Source: Alphaproteobacteria bacterium | GTDB taxonomy: Bacteria; Pseudomonadota; Alphaproteobacteria; UBA828 | Reading direction: 5' to 3' | DNA: 64,000 nt | Assembly (NCBI GenBank): GCA_963667785.2 | Contig: CAXXMU010000001.1 | Span: 544,001-608,000 of the forward strand | Part shown: positions 42,073 through 51,366 of the stretch, piece by piece | Position numbering within the stretch: position 1 is the first letter of the stretch | Layout: the number at the start of each line of letters is the position of its first letter | Program-made: the position numbers and the translations under genes | Notes under the pieces: model-generated | The model's database searches: none | What the model was told of the DNA's origin: nothing | The model's input: only the letters and a program-made list of their open reading frames with translations

Positions 42073-42194
42073 CGGCATCCTCCCATCTCGCGCGCGTCCG
42101 AGCGGCGCCGCACCTGCGGCGCCACCGCGCAGACCATGACTCCGGCAAGATAGGCGGGCTAGTCTTCTGCAGGACAGGACGGGGAGGGCTCCTC

Positions 42195-43097
42195 ATGCGC
42201 CTGACGCGCCGGGCGGTGCTGGTCGGAGGGGGCGCTCTGCTCGCGGCGCCGGCGCTCCGAGCCTCGGCCGCAGAGCCGCCCTCGCGGCTCATTCCGGCGA
42301 CCGGAGAGCCGGTGCCCTCGATCGGGATCGGAAGCTGGATCACCTTCAACGTGGGCGACGATCCGCTGCTCCGCGCCGAATGCCGCGCCGTCATGGCTGC
42401 CTTCCTGGAGGCGGGCGGGGGGATCGTCGATTCCTCGCCCATGTACGGCTCCTCGCAGGAGGTCATCGGCGATGCGCTGGAGACGCTGGGCCGCCCGCCC
42501 GGCCTCTTCTCCGCCGACAAGGTCTGGACCGACGCGGCCGACGGCCCGTCCCAGATCGCGGAGACGACCCGCCGCTGGGGGATCGAGCGCTTCGACCTGC
42601 TGCAGGTCCACAACCTGATCGACTGGGAGGCGAACCTCGACACCCTCGCCGCCATGAAGGAGGCGGGCCTGCTCCGCTATACCGGCGTCACCACCTCGCA
42701 CGGCCGCCGGCATGGCGAGCTCGAGGAGGTCATGCGCCGCCGGCCGCCCGATTTCGTCCAGCTCACCTACAACATCGTGGACCGGGAGGCGGAACGCCGG
42801 CTGCTGCCGCTCGCGATGGAGCGCGGGATTGCGGTCATCTGCAACCGGCCGTTTCAGCGCGGCCGCCTGCCGGACAGGCTCGCGGGCCGGCCGCTGCCCG
42901 CCTGGGCCGGCGAGATCGGGGTCTCCACCTGGCCCCAGTTCCTGCTGAAGTTCATCATCTCGCATCCCGCAGTCACGGCTGCCATCCCGGCGACGCGACG
43001 TGTCGACCACGTGCGCGAGAACAAGTCCGCCGCATTCGGCCCCATGCCGGACGCCGCCCTGCGTCGGCGAATGGCGGCGCATGTGCAGGGCCTGTAG
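42195..43097 (+). CDS. Aldo/keto reductase with Tat-like signal
   Basis: MRLTRRAVL; IGIGSWITF, DSSPMYG, DLLQVHNL, FVQLTYN. Confidence 0.88.
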   Translation: MRLTRRAVLVGGGALLAAPALRASAAEPPSRLIPATGEPVPSIGIGSWITFNVGDDPLLRAECRAVMAAFLEAGGGIVDSSPMYGSSQEVIGDALETLGRPPGLFSADKVWTDAADGPSQIAETTRRWGIERFDLLQVHNLIDWEANLDTLAAMKEAGLLRYTGVTTSHGRRHGELEEVMRRRPPDFVQLTYNIVDREAERRLLPLAMERGIAVICNRPFQRGRLPDRLAGRPLPAWAGEIGVSTWPQFLLKFIISHPAVTAAIPATRRVDHVRENKSAAFGPMPDAALRRRMAAHVQGL

Positions 43098-43160
43098 CGC
43101 CGCCCGGCTCGATACGGAACGCGGCGGGACGCTCGGGCGAGGCAGACGCGCGGCCTAGCC

Positions 43161-43823
43161 GTGTTCTGGGCGCTCAAGGATCTGCTGCCGTTCTCGCCGC
43201 GCGTCTATTGGCGGCTCTTCGCCCTGGAGAACGAGGCGGTCTGGCCGGGGCAGCCGGTGGCGCTGGCGGCCGCTGCGCTGCTCGCCCTCTCCCTGGTGCT
43301 CGGGCGCCGGCCCTCCGGGCGCTGGCTCGGCCCGCTGCTCGGGATCGCCTGGCTCTGGACCGGCTGGCACTTCGTCGCGCTGCGCTACGGCGCGGTCAAC
43401 TGGGTCGCGCCGACGCTGGCCTGGGGGTTCTACGCCGAGGCCGCGCTGCTGGCGGCCCTCGGCCTCTCCGGCCGGCTCGCCTTGCGCCGGCGGGGGCACG
43501 GCGCCTGGCTGGGCACTGGCCTGCTGGCGGCGGCGGTGCTGTGGCCTCTCCTTGCACCGCTCGACGGACGATCCTGGCACGAGGCGGAGGTCGTCGCGCT
43601 CGCGCCGGACCCCACGGCCGTCGCCACGCTCGGCCTGCTGGCGCATGCCGCCCGCAGCCGGTGGACAGCCCTCCTCGGCATCGCCCCGGTGCTGTGGCTC
43701 GCGCTGTCCGCGCTCACGCTCGTCACGATGGGTGCCTGGCAGGGCTGGGTGGTGCTTGTCGCCCTGCTGATCGGCCTCGCCGCATGGGTCGTGCCGGGGC
43801 GCACCGCTGCGGGCGCCCGTTGA
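43161..43823 (+). CDS. Integral membrane protein (DUF6064-like)
   Basis: FSPRVYWRLF..N...WP.Q, YGAVNW.A, APDPTAVATLG; multiple TM helices. Confidence 0.7.
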   Translation: MFWALKDLLPFSPRVYWRLFALENEAVWPGQPVALAAAALLALSLVLGRRPSGRWLGPLLGIAWLWTGWHFVALRYGAVNWVAPTLAWGFYAEAALLAALGLSGRLALRRRGHGAWLGTGLLAAAVLWPLLAPLDGRSWHEAEVVALAPDPTAVATLGLLAHAARSRWTALLGIAPVLWLALSALTLVTMGAWQGWVVLVALLIGLAAWVVPGRTAAGAR

Positions 43824-43919
43824 ACCGCCGCGTCGCCGCCGCCCCGACTGGCAAGAGCCGCTCCGCAGCACTATGTTTGGTTCCTGGCAGCGCGCGCGGG
43901 CAACCGGTAGAGCGGCAGG

Positions 43920-44681
43920 ATGGCTAAGGCCCAGGCGACCAAGAGCGGCCGGCAGGAGGAGACCCGCCACCTCGACATGGCGACGCAGCCCGTGAAGAGG
44001 CTGCGCATGATGCTCGCCGCGGGCGAGGACGTGCTCGAGATCCAGCGGGTGCTCGGCCGGACCGGCGACAGCGTGGTGAGCGAGCTCCTGCGCGGCCATG
44101 AGACGTTCTACGAGTGGGATCATTACCCGAAAGGGGACGTCTTCGACGGCGAGAGCCACGCCCAGTACTTCTACCACACCCATCCCGGCGGCCTCAGGGA
44201 CAAGGAGCACGGGCACTTCCACACCTTCATCCGCGCCAAGGGCCTGCCGCGCGGCATGAAGCCCAAGCGTCACAAGAGCCGTGACAAGTGGCCCATGGGC
44301 GATGACGCGGTGACCCACTTGGTCGGCATCTCCATGGATTCCAAGGGCCAGCCGCTCCGGCTCTTCAGCACCAACCGCTGGGTCACCGGCGAGACCTGGT
44401 ACAAGGCCGACGACGTGTGCAAGGTGATCGGCCGCTTCGTCATCGGCCACGCCCGCCCGTCCTGGCCGACCAACCGCTGGATCGGCGCCATGGTGCGGCT
44501 GTTCTGGCCGCAGGTCATGATGCTGCTGAAGGCGCGGGATCAGGTGATCGAGAACTGGGCCGCCCAGAATCCCGCTCTCGACACACTCGAAGACCGCCGC
44601 CTCGAGGTGGCCTCGCAGGCCGAGGTCGACATCGAGGCGCAGCTCGCCGCGGTCAGGGCCGCTCTCGACGCACGGACGTGA
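43920..44681 (+). CDS. His-rich conserved hypothetical protein (DUF6969-like)
   Basis: WDHYPKGDVFD..SHAQYFYHTH, EHGHFHTF, FSTNRWVTGETW. Confidence 0.7.
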   Translation: MAKAQATKSGRQEETRHLDMATQPVKRLRMMLAAGEDVLEIQRVLGRTGDSVVSELLRGHETFYEWDHYPKGDVFDGESHAQYFYHTHPGGLRDKEHGHFHTFIRAKGLPRGMKPKRHKSRDKWPMGDDAVTHLVGISMDSKGQPLRLFSTNRWVTGETWYKADDVCKVIGRFVIGHARPSWPTNRWIGAMVRLFWPQVMMLLKARDQVIENWAAQNPALDTLEDRRLEVASQAEVDIEAQLAAVRAALDART

Positions 44682-44738
44682 GGCGGCGCAGCCTCGTCGG
44701 GCCCGGTGCCGTCACGATACCGGGCCCGAAATGAAGAA

Positions 44739-44760
44739 CGCCGCCTCTTGCGAGGCGGCG
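44739..44760 (-). terminator. Intrinsic terminator of the CNPC peptide gene; a second hairpin at 44697-44729
   Basis: cgccgcctc-gcaa-gaggcggcg followed by ttcttcattt on the minus strand. Confidence 0.65.
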
Positions 44761-44791
44761 CCCTCGGATAAGGTCAGAGATACGCGTGAGC

Positions 44792-44995
44792 CTAGCTCGA
44801 TGCGCACGGATTGCAGGCGCATGGATTGCAGGCGCACGGGTTGCAGGCACACGGGTTGCAGGCACCGCAGGGGTCGTCATCGTGCGAATCCGCAACCACG
44901 ATCGGCGTGTCGCCAGCGGATACGGCCGACGGCGCGAGAGCGGCGCCGGCCGCCATGGTGACAACGCTCACGGCAACCACGGTCTCCTTGATCAT
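44792..44995 (-). CDS. 67-aa secreted Cys-rich peptide with (ACNPC)x4
   Basis: AGGAGGAG RBS; [67 protein letters not shown]; four 15-bp repeats at 44802-44861 varying only at synonymous positions. Confidence 0.85.
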   Translation of the reverse strand: MIKETVVAVSVVTMAAGAALAPSAVSAGDTPIVVADSHDDDPCGACNPCACNPCACNPCACNPCASS

Positions 44996-45156
44996 GATGG
45001 GTTCTCCTCCTTGCAGGCGCATGTTGTGATTTTGGTTTCGCGCCGCCGTTCTGGCTGGCCTGTCTGTGCGAAACCTGGGCCATTGTGGTGTATATCGGCA
45101 ACGGTTGAAAGGAGTTTCGCCGCCACGGTGGCGGCCTAGGCGCACGGGGGCGGCCG

Positions 45157-45933
45157 ATGCCCGGCTCGAGCAGCGACGACTATCCGAGGCTTGCGGCTGC
45201 GGCCCGGCGCCTCGCGCTGGAGGCCGGGCGGGCGATCATGGCCCTCTACGGGCAGGCCGCAGAGGTGCAGATGAAGGATGATCGGTCGCCGGTGACCGAG
45301 GCGGACCGGGCCGCCGATCGCCTCATCGTTTCGGGCCTGCGTGCCGCTGACCCCCGTATCCCCGTGATCTCGGAAGAGAGCATGGCCGACGCCGCACCGC
45401 CTGCGGGCGAGCGCTTCTGGCTCGTCGATCCGCTGGACGGAACCAGGGAGTTCATCGCCGGATCAGGCGAGTTCACGGTCAACATCGCGCTGATCGAGGC
45501 CGGCCGGCCGGTGCTCGGCGTCGTGCACGCGCCGGCGCAGGAAGAAGTCTATGTGGCAGACGGGCAAGGGCAGGCCGTGCACGTCGTCGGCGCGCGCGCG
45601 CCGCAGGTGATCCGCGCCCGCCCGGTGCCGGCCGTCGGCCCGGCGGTCATCGCCAGCCGCTCGCACCGCGATGCCGAGACCGATGCGTTCATCGCGGGCC
45701 TCGGGCCGTCACGGACCGCGAGCGCCGGCAGCGCGCTGAAGTTCGGCCTGCTGGCGCGGGGCGAGGCAGATCTCTACCCCCGCTTCGGCCGCACCATGGA
45801 GTGGGACACCGCCGCAGGCCAGGCCGTTCTCGCCGCCGCAGGCGGACACGTCCGTGACCTCGGCGGCCGCGAGCTCGGCTACGGCAAGGCGGGGTTCGTC
45901 AACCCTCCCTTCGTCGCCAGCGGCGAGGACTAG
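45157..45933 (+). CDS. cysQ: 3'(2'),5'-bisphosphate nucleotidase CysQ
   Basis: SPVTEAD, FWLVDPLDGTREF, EFTVNIAL, TMEWDTAAG. Confidence 0.93.
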   Translation: MPGSSSDDYPRLAAAARRLALEAGRAIMALYGQAAEVQMKDDRSPVTEADRAADRLIVSGLRAADPRIPVISEESMADAAPPAGERFWLVDPLDGTREFIAGSGEFTVNIALIEAGRPVLGVVHAPAQEEVYVADGQGQAVHVVGARAPQVIRARPVPAVGPAVIASRSHRDAETDAFIAGLGPSRTASAGSALKFGLLARGEADLYPRFGRTMEWDTAAGQAVLAAAGGHVRDLGGRELGYGKAGFVNPPFVASGED

Positions 45934-45938
45934 GGCCC

Positions 45939-46601
45939 GTGGCACGCTCCGCCGCCTCGGCCGGCCCGCCCTGCCTCGCGCCCACGTCCGCCGCCATCGC
46001 GGAGGCTGCGCGCCTGATCCGCCAGGGCGCGCTCGTCGCCCTGCCGACCGATACGGTCTATGGGCTCGCCGCCGACGCCACCTCCGATGCGGCGGTCGCC
46101 GGAGTCTTCCGCGCCAAGGGCCGGCCGGCCGAGAAGCCGCTGATCGCGCTCGTGGATACGCTGGCGATGGCCGCGACCTGCGGCGACTTCCCGCCTGCCG
46201 CCCGCGCCCTCGCCAAGGCCTTCTGGCCGGGGCCGCTGACGCTGGTCGTCCCGCGCGCCGCAGAGTCCCCTCTCTCGGCGCTGGTCCATCGGGGGGCGTC
46301 CGGAGTCTCGCTCCGCATTCCCGGCAACGAGACCACGCGCGCCGTGGTCGCCGCGGCCGGCTGCCCGCTGACGGCCCCGAGCGCCAACCCCTCGGGCGCG
46401 CCGAGCCCGCTCACCGCCGGCGAGGTCGTGGCCGGCCTCGGGCCGGCGCTCGCGCTGGTCATCGACGGCGGCAGGGCCGCGGACAGTCTCGGCTCCACCC
46501 TCGTCGACCTCAGCGGCGAGAGCCCCCGCCTGCTGCGCGCAGGCGTCGTGGACGATGCGGCGATCGAGCGCGTGATCGGCCCCCTCGATCGCACTGCGTA
46601 A
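45939..46601 (+). CDS. tsaC: L-threonylcarbamoyladenylate synthase (YrdC domain only)
   Basis: PTDTVYGL, KGRP..KPLI, FWPGPLT, APSANPSG. Confidence 0.92.
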   Translation: MARSAASAGPPCLAPTSAAIAEAARLIRQGALVALPTDTVYGLAADATSDAAVAGVFRAKGRPAEKPLIALVDTLAMAATCGDFPPAARALAKAFWPGPLTLVVPRAAESPLSALVHRGASGVSLRIPGNETTRAVVAAAGCPLTAPSANPSGAPSPLTAGEVVAGLGPALALVIDGGRAADSLGSTLVDLSGESPRLLRAGVVDDAAIERVIGPLDRTA

Positions 46602-46632
46602 TCGGGCGTAATCGGTCGTCCCTGCCGGCCGG

Positions 46633-47544
46633 TCAGGGCGAGGGGGCATCGGGCCGCAGCGCCGCCGCCAGGGGCGTGGTGCCGCTGCCCCGCCGGGCCG
46701 GCTGCTGCTGGGACTCATGCGGCCGCCACCCGGTCAGATAGAGGATCTGGAAGGTTGCCGGGATGCGTCCGTCCGGGGTGCCGAACGTCTCGCGGTAGCA
46801 GGCGTCGGCGGCGCGGAACGTCGTCCGCCGCGCGAAGTGGCGAACCCGCTCCCGGGTGGCATTGGCCTCCCCCATGGCACGCAGGTCGTGCATGAGCGCC
46901 TCCGCGCCGTCATAGGTGACGGTGATCCGGTCGCTGTCGACCACCGGCAGCGCGAAGCCGGCCCGCTGAAGCAGGGCGCCAAGGGTCTGGACATCGGGGA
47001 AGGGCGAGACATGCGGGCGGGCGCCGCCTTCGCCCGCTGCTTCCGCACGCAGAAACGCCTCGCGGAGCTCGAACAGCGTGTCGCCCCCCAGCATCGCCGC
47101 GAGCAGCAGGCCGTCCGGCTTGAGCGCGCGCCTGATCTGGACGAGCGCGCCCGGCAGGTCGTTCACCCAATGCAGGCTGAGCGCGCTGATCACGAGGTCG
47201 AGCGAGGCGTCGCGGAACGGCAGCCATTCCTCGTCCGCCGCCAGACGGCAGGCGCCTGCGGCTCGCGCCGCCATGGCCGGCGAGAGATCGGCCTCGACGA
47301 GAAGCTCCGGCGCGCCCCGCCGGCGCAGCAGGGGCGCGAGCTGGCCGCTGTGGCAGCCGAGATCGAGCACGCGGGCGAAGCGGCGCTTCACGTCGTCGAG
47401 GCGGCCCACCAGCCGCTCGCCCACCTCGCGGACCAGGAAGTCGCCCCGCTCCGCGAAGCGGGCGGCGGCGCGGTCGCGGTGGGCCCGCACGGCGGCACGG
47501 TCGAAGACCAGGGCGCCGTCGGGCGAGGGCGCGTGCCGGACCAT
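46633..47544 (-). CDS. SAM-dependent methyltransferase (NDUFAF5/BioC-like)
   Basis: FDR..VR.HRDRAA, LDLGC, LSLHWVNDLPG.L, DLRAMGE; divergent from comF. Confidence 0.88.
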   Translation of the reverse strand: MVRHAPSPDGALVFDRAAVRAHRDRAAARFAERGDFLVREVGERLVGRLDDVKRRFARVLDLGCHSGQLAPLLRRRGAPELLVEADLSPAMAARAAGACRLAADEEWLPFRDASLDLVISALSLHWVNDLPGALVQIRRALKPDGLLLAAMLGGDTLFELREAFLRAEAAGEGGARPHVSPFPDVQTLGALLQRAGFALPVVDSDRITVTYDGAEALMHDLRAMGEANATRERVRHFARRTTFRAADACYRETFGTPDGRIPATFQILYLTGWRPHESQQQPARRGSGTTPLAAALRPDAPSP

Positions 47545-47596
47545 GGCACGGGTTATGGCATGATGCCTGCGAGGCGGGAAGCGTCGGGAGGGCGCG

Positions 47597-48364
47597 ATGC
47601 GGAGCGGCCGGCGCAGGGGGCGATTGACGGCCCTCGCGCGCGCCGTCGCTGCGGGCGGTATCGACCTGGTGCTGCCGCCCGCGTGCCTCGCGTGCTACGC
47701 GCCGGTGGCCGAGGCGGGTGCGCTCTGCGCGGACTGCTGGAGCCGGGTTTCCTTCATCGTCAGCCCCTGCTGCGCCCGCTGCGGCCTGCCGTTCGAGATC
47801 GAGGCAGCGACCGGCGCCGTCTGCGGCGCCTGTACCCGGGCACCGCCGGTCTACGACCGGGCGCGCGCGGCATTCCTCTACGAGGGTGCCGGGCGCGAGT
47901 TGATCCTCGCCTTCAAGATGGCCGACCGCTCCTGGGTCGCGCCCAGGCTGGCCGCATGGCTGCATCGTGCGGCGGCGCCGCTGCTGGCCGACGCCGATCT
48001 CGTGGTGCCCGTGCCGCTCCACCGCTGGCGGCTGCTGGCGCGGCGGTTCAACCAGGCGGCGGTGCTGGCTCAGCTCATTGCCGGGCGGTCGGAGGCGCGG
48101 CTGGTCCCAGATCTGCTCGTGCGCACGCGCCGCACGGCGCTCCAGAGCCGGCTCTCCCGGCCGGAGCGGCGGCGCAACGTGCGCGGCGCATTCGCGGTGC
48201 GGCGGGGGCGGGCGCCCCTGGTGGCGGATCGCCACATTCTGTTGGTGGACGACGTGCTGACGACCGGCGCGACCGCGTCCGCCTGCGCCCGCGCCCTGCG
48301 CAAGGCGGGCGCCGTTCGCGTCGATGTCGCGACTCTTGCGCGGGCCGGGCGCGACCCGCCATGA
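47597..48364 (+). CDS. comF: ComF family protein
   Basis: Double zinc ribbon, VPVPLH...RRFNQA, LVDDVLTTGAT. Confidence 0.92.
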   Translation: MRSGRRRGRLTALARAVAAGGIDLVLPPACLACYAPVAEAGALCADCWSRVSFIVSPCCARCGLPFEIEAATGAVCGACTRAPPVYDRARAAFLYEGAGRELILAFKMADRSWVAPRLAAWLHRAAAPLLADADLVVPVPLHRWRLLARRFNQAAVLAQLIAGRSEARLVPDLLVRTRRTALQSRLSRPERRRNVRGAFAVRRGRAPLVADRHILLVDDVLTTGATASACARALRKAGAVRVDVATLARAGRDPP

Positions 48365-48431
48365 TGCCGGCCTCGGGCGCACCTGTCGCGCCGGCAGGCG
48401 CGCGGAATCGCTCCAGTGGGGAGGTGGAACC

Positions 48432-49292
48432 ATGACCGAAGCCGTGCGGGTCGCCTGCGTTCAGCCCTCGAGCGGCCAGGACCAGGACGCCAACCTCGCC
48501 GCCGCCGCCGCTCTGGTGCGCGAGGCCTGCGCCGCCGGCGCCGAGCTCGTCGCGCTGCCGGAGAATGTCGCGCTCATGGAGCACCGCACCGCGCTGGTGC
48601 AGGCGAGCGCCGCCCCGCTCGACAGCCATCCGGCAGCCGCCTTCTTCCGCGAGCTGGCGGAGGATACCGGGACATGGCTGCTCGCGGGCTCGATGGCGGC
48701 GAGCGCAGGCGAGGGCCGCATCGCCAACCGCTCGCTGCTGATCGACCCGGCTGGCACCATCGTCGCGACCTACGACAAGATCCACATGTTCGACGTGGAC
48801 CTGCCCACCGGCGAGAGCTATCGCGAGAGCGAGGCCTTCCGCCCGGGCGGGCAGGCCGTGGTGGCGGAGACGCCCTGGGGCGGGCTCGGGATGACCGTCT
48901 GCTACGACCTGCGCTTCCCGCAGCTCTACCGCGCGCTCGCCCATGCGGGCGCACGCCTGATCACGGTGCCCGCGGCCTTCACCAAGCACACCGGCGAGGC
49001 GCACTGGCACGTCCTGCTCAGGGCGCGCGCGATCGAGACCGGCTGCTTCGTCGTCGCGCCCTGCATGTGGGGCAGCCACTCTGGCGGCCGAAAGACCTAC
49101 GGCCACTCGCTCATCGTCGATCCCTGGGGCGAGGTGCTCGCCGACGGCGGCGAGGGCGTGGGCATCGCGATCGCCGATCTTGAGCTTGCGCGCGTCGAGG
49201 CGGTGCGCAGCACCATTCCGGCGCTGGCGCACGACCGCGCCTTCCTGCCGCCGGCAGATGCGCAGCAGGAGCCCCGCCGCGCCGCCGGCTGA
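48432..49292 (+). CDS. Carbon-nitrogen hydrolase (Nit1/deaminated glutathione amidase-like)
   Basis: LPEN, YDKIHMFDV, CYDLRFP, HWHVLLRARAIE, GHSLIVDPWG. Confidence 0.93.
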   Translation: MTEAVRVACVQPSSGQDQDANLAAAAALVREACAAGAELVALPENVALMEHRTALVQASAAPLDSHPAAAFFRELAEDTGTWLLAGSMAASAGEGRIANRSLLIDPAGTIVATYDKIHMFDVDLPTGESYRESEAFRPGGQAVVAETPWGGLGMTVCYDLRFPQLYRALAHAGARLITVPAAFTKHTGEAHWHVLLRARAIETGCFVVAPCMWGSHSGGRKTYGHSLIVDPWGEVLADGGEGVGIAIADLELARVEAVRSTIPALAHDRAFLPPADAQQEPRRAAG

Positions 49293-49309
49293 CGCGGGGG
49301 CCGACCGAC

Positions 49310-50122
49310 CTAGAGGTACGCGCCGCCGTCCAGGTTGATGGCCTGGCCGGTGACGTGCGGGGCGTTCGCGAGATAGAGGGCGAGCGCGGCCATGTCCTCC
49401 TCGGTCTGCGGGACGCCTTGGGGGATCAGGCGCTCGATGGCGCGCGCGTAGGACTGCTCCGGCGTCTCCCCGGGCTCCGCGAAGGCGTCGTTGAGCAGGG
49501 TCCACATCTGCGTCCCCACGATGCCCGGACAAATGCAGTTCACGGTAATGCCTTCGCGCGCGACCTCCTTGGCGAGCGCGTTGGTGAAGCCCACGACGGC
49601 GAACTTCGAGGCGCAGTAGTGGCTGAGCGTTGCAGAGCCGAACTTGCCCGCGATCGAGGCGATATTGATGATCCGCCCGCCGCCGCCCTGAGCGCGCATC
49701 CGGATGATCGCCGCCCGGTTCACCAGGAAGGTTCCCTTGGCGTTCACGTCCATGATGTTGTCCCACTCCGCCTCGCTCATCTCCGCGATCGGGCGGGCGG
49801 TGATCACGCCGGCCGCATTGACCACCACGTCGACCCGGCCGAACGCATCGAGACAGGACGCGAACATGGCGTCGACCGACTCCGCGTCGGCGACATCGGC
49901 ATCGATGGCGATCGCGCGCCGGCCGATCTCGCTCGCCACGGCCTGGGCCGCGGAATAGCCGCCGATGTGGCTCCTCTCGTACTGGTTCTCGGCGCTCGGC
50001 GCGTGTTCCAGGCCGGCGAGGGCAAGCCTCATGCCCTCGCGCGCGAAACCGAGGGCGATGCCCCTGCCGATGCCGGTCCCACCGCCGGTGACGAGTGCGA
50101 CTCTTGCCTCTTCGTCAGCCAT
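49310..50122 (-). CDS. Short-chain dehydrogenase/reductase
   Basis: VTGGGTGIG, NAAG, YCASK, CPG. Confidence 0.92.
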   Translation of the reverse strand: MADEEARVALVTGGGTGIGRGIALGFAREGMRLALAGLEHAPSAENQYERSHIGGYSAAQAVASEIGRRAIAIDADVADAESVDAMFASCLDAFGRVDVVVNAAGVITARPIAEMSEAEWDNIMDVNAKGTFLVNRAAIIRMRAQGGGGRIINIASIAGKFGSATLSHYCASKFAVVGFTNALAKEVAREGITVNCICPGIVGTQMWTLLNDAFAEPGETPEQSYARAIERLIPQGVPQTEEDMAALALYLANAPHVTGQAINLDGGAYL

Positions 50123-50212
50123 CTCTGCCAAGCTCCATCGTCGGTTCGTGTCGTCGTGTCGCGAGACGCGTCTGCCGTACGGGAAGAACCGCTCGCGTGT
50201 CCAGACTCTCGC

Positions 50213-50746
50213 TCACGCGCGCGGCGGCTTCCTGGCGCAGAGGCGCTGCACGATCTTCGGCGTGGGCGGCGGGAGCGCCAGATGCTCGTAGGCGATGACC
50301 GTGAGCCGGCCCTCGGCCAGCGCCAGCAGCTCGCCCCGCTGCAGCAGGTAGTCGGGATTGCGGGGGCGGCCGAAGCGCTCGTTGCCGAGGGCGAAGGTCT
50401 CGTAGAGGAAGACCCCGCCCGGCTCCAGGCACTCGATCAGGGGGACGAGCAGGGGGCGGAACAGATAGCCCGTCACCACCACCGCATCGAAGCGCAGGCC
50501 GGCGAGCGGGGCGGCGCCGGGGCGCTCCAGATCGGTCTCGACGATCTCGACCAGGGGGTCGCCCGCGAGGTCGGCGAGGCCCGCCGTGTCGATGTCGATG
50601 GCCGTGACCCTGAGGCCCCGCTCGCGCAGGAGGCGCGTGTGCCGGCCGCCGCCGCAGGCGAGGTCGAGGACGTGGCCGCCGCCGGCGATCAGGCCCGCAT
50701 GGCGGACGATCCAGGGGGAGGGGGTGCGCGATCGATGGTGATGCAT
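50213..50746 (-). CDS. Class I SAM-dependent methyltransferase (TehB-like)
   Basis: VLDLACGGGRH, YLFRP, YETF..GNERFGRP.NPDYLL. Confidence 0.85.
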   Translation of the reverse strand: MHHHRSRTPSPWIVRHAGLIAGGGHVLDLACGGGRHTRLLRERGLRVTAIDIDTAGLADLAGDPLVEIVETDLERPGAAPLAGLRFDAVVVTGYLFRPLLVPLIECLEPGGVFLYETFALGNERFGRPRNPDYLLQRGELLALAEGRLTVIAYEHLALPPPTPKIVQRLCARKPPRA

Positions 50747-50841
50747 GGTGGCGCTACCCGCGCGAGACAACCGATTGGCGCATGGATTCGGGCTTTTATG
50801 CTACCCTGCCGCGACCTTCGCAGCGTGCCGGGCACCGCTCC

Positions 50842-51306
50842 ATGATCGTGTTCGACCTCAAGTGCGGCAAGGACCACGTGTTCGAGGCCTACTTCGCCGA
50901 TTCCGCCACCTACGAGCGGCAGGCGGAGGCGGGCGAGATCGCGTGCCCCCTCTGCGGCGACGTCAGGATCGCCAAGGCGCCGATGGCGCCCAACATCGCG
51001 GTGGCCAACAAGGCGCGGGGCGAGCCCGAGCCGGTGCCCGCGCCGGCACCCGCTCCGGCGCGCAAGCCGCCGAGCCCGCCGGAGATGGCCCGCGCCGTGG
51101 CGACGCTCAGGCGGATGCGCGCCCATATCGAGCAGAACTTCGACCATGTGGGAGAGCGCTTCCCCGAGGAGGCGCGCAAGATCCACTACGGCGAGGGCGA
51201 ACGCCGCAACATCTACGGCGACGCGACCAAGGAGGAGGTCGGCGAGCTCGCCGACGAGGGGATCGAGGTCGGCGAGATTCCCTGGGTGCCCCGCCACGAC
51301 GCATAG
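50842..51306 (+). CDS. DUF1178 family protein
   Basis: MIVFDLKC...H.FEAYF, CPLCG, VGERFPEEARKIHYGE. Confidence 0.9.
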   Translation: MIVFDLKCGKDHVFEAYFADSATYERQAEAGEIACPLCGDVRIAKAPMAPNIAVANKARGEPEPVPAPAPAPARKPPSPPEMARAVATLRRMRAHIEQNFDHVGERFPEEARKIHYGEGERRNIYGDATKEEVGELADEGIEVGEIPWVPRHDA

Positions 51307-51366
51307 GCGCCGCGGCGGCGGGCCGCGGTCGCGGCCTGTCGCGCGTCCGTCAAGGACGGACGCGCT

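Noticed and set aside
44811-45029. Plus-strand ORF with QAHGL repeats
   Set aside because: Antisense shadow of the ACNPC peptide.
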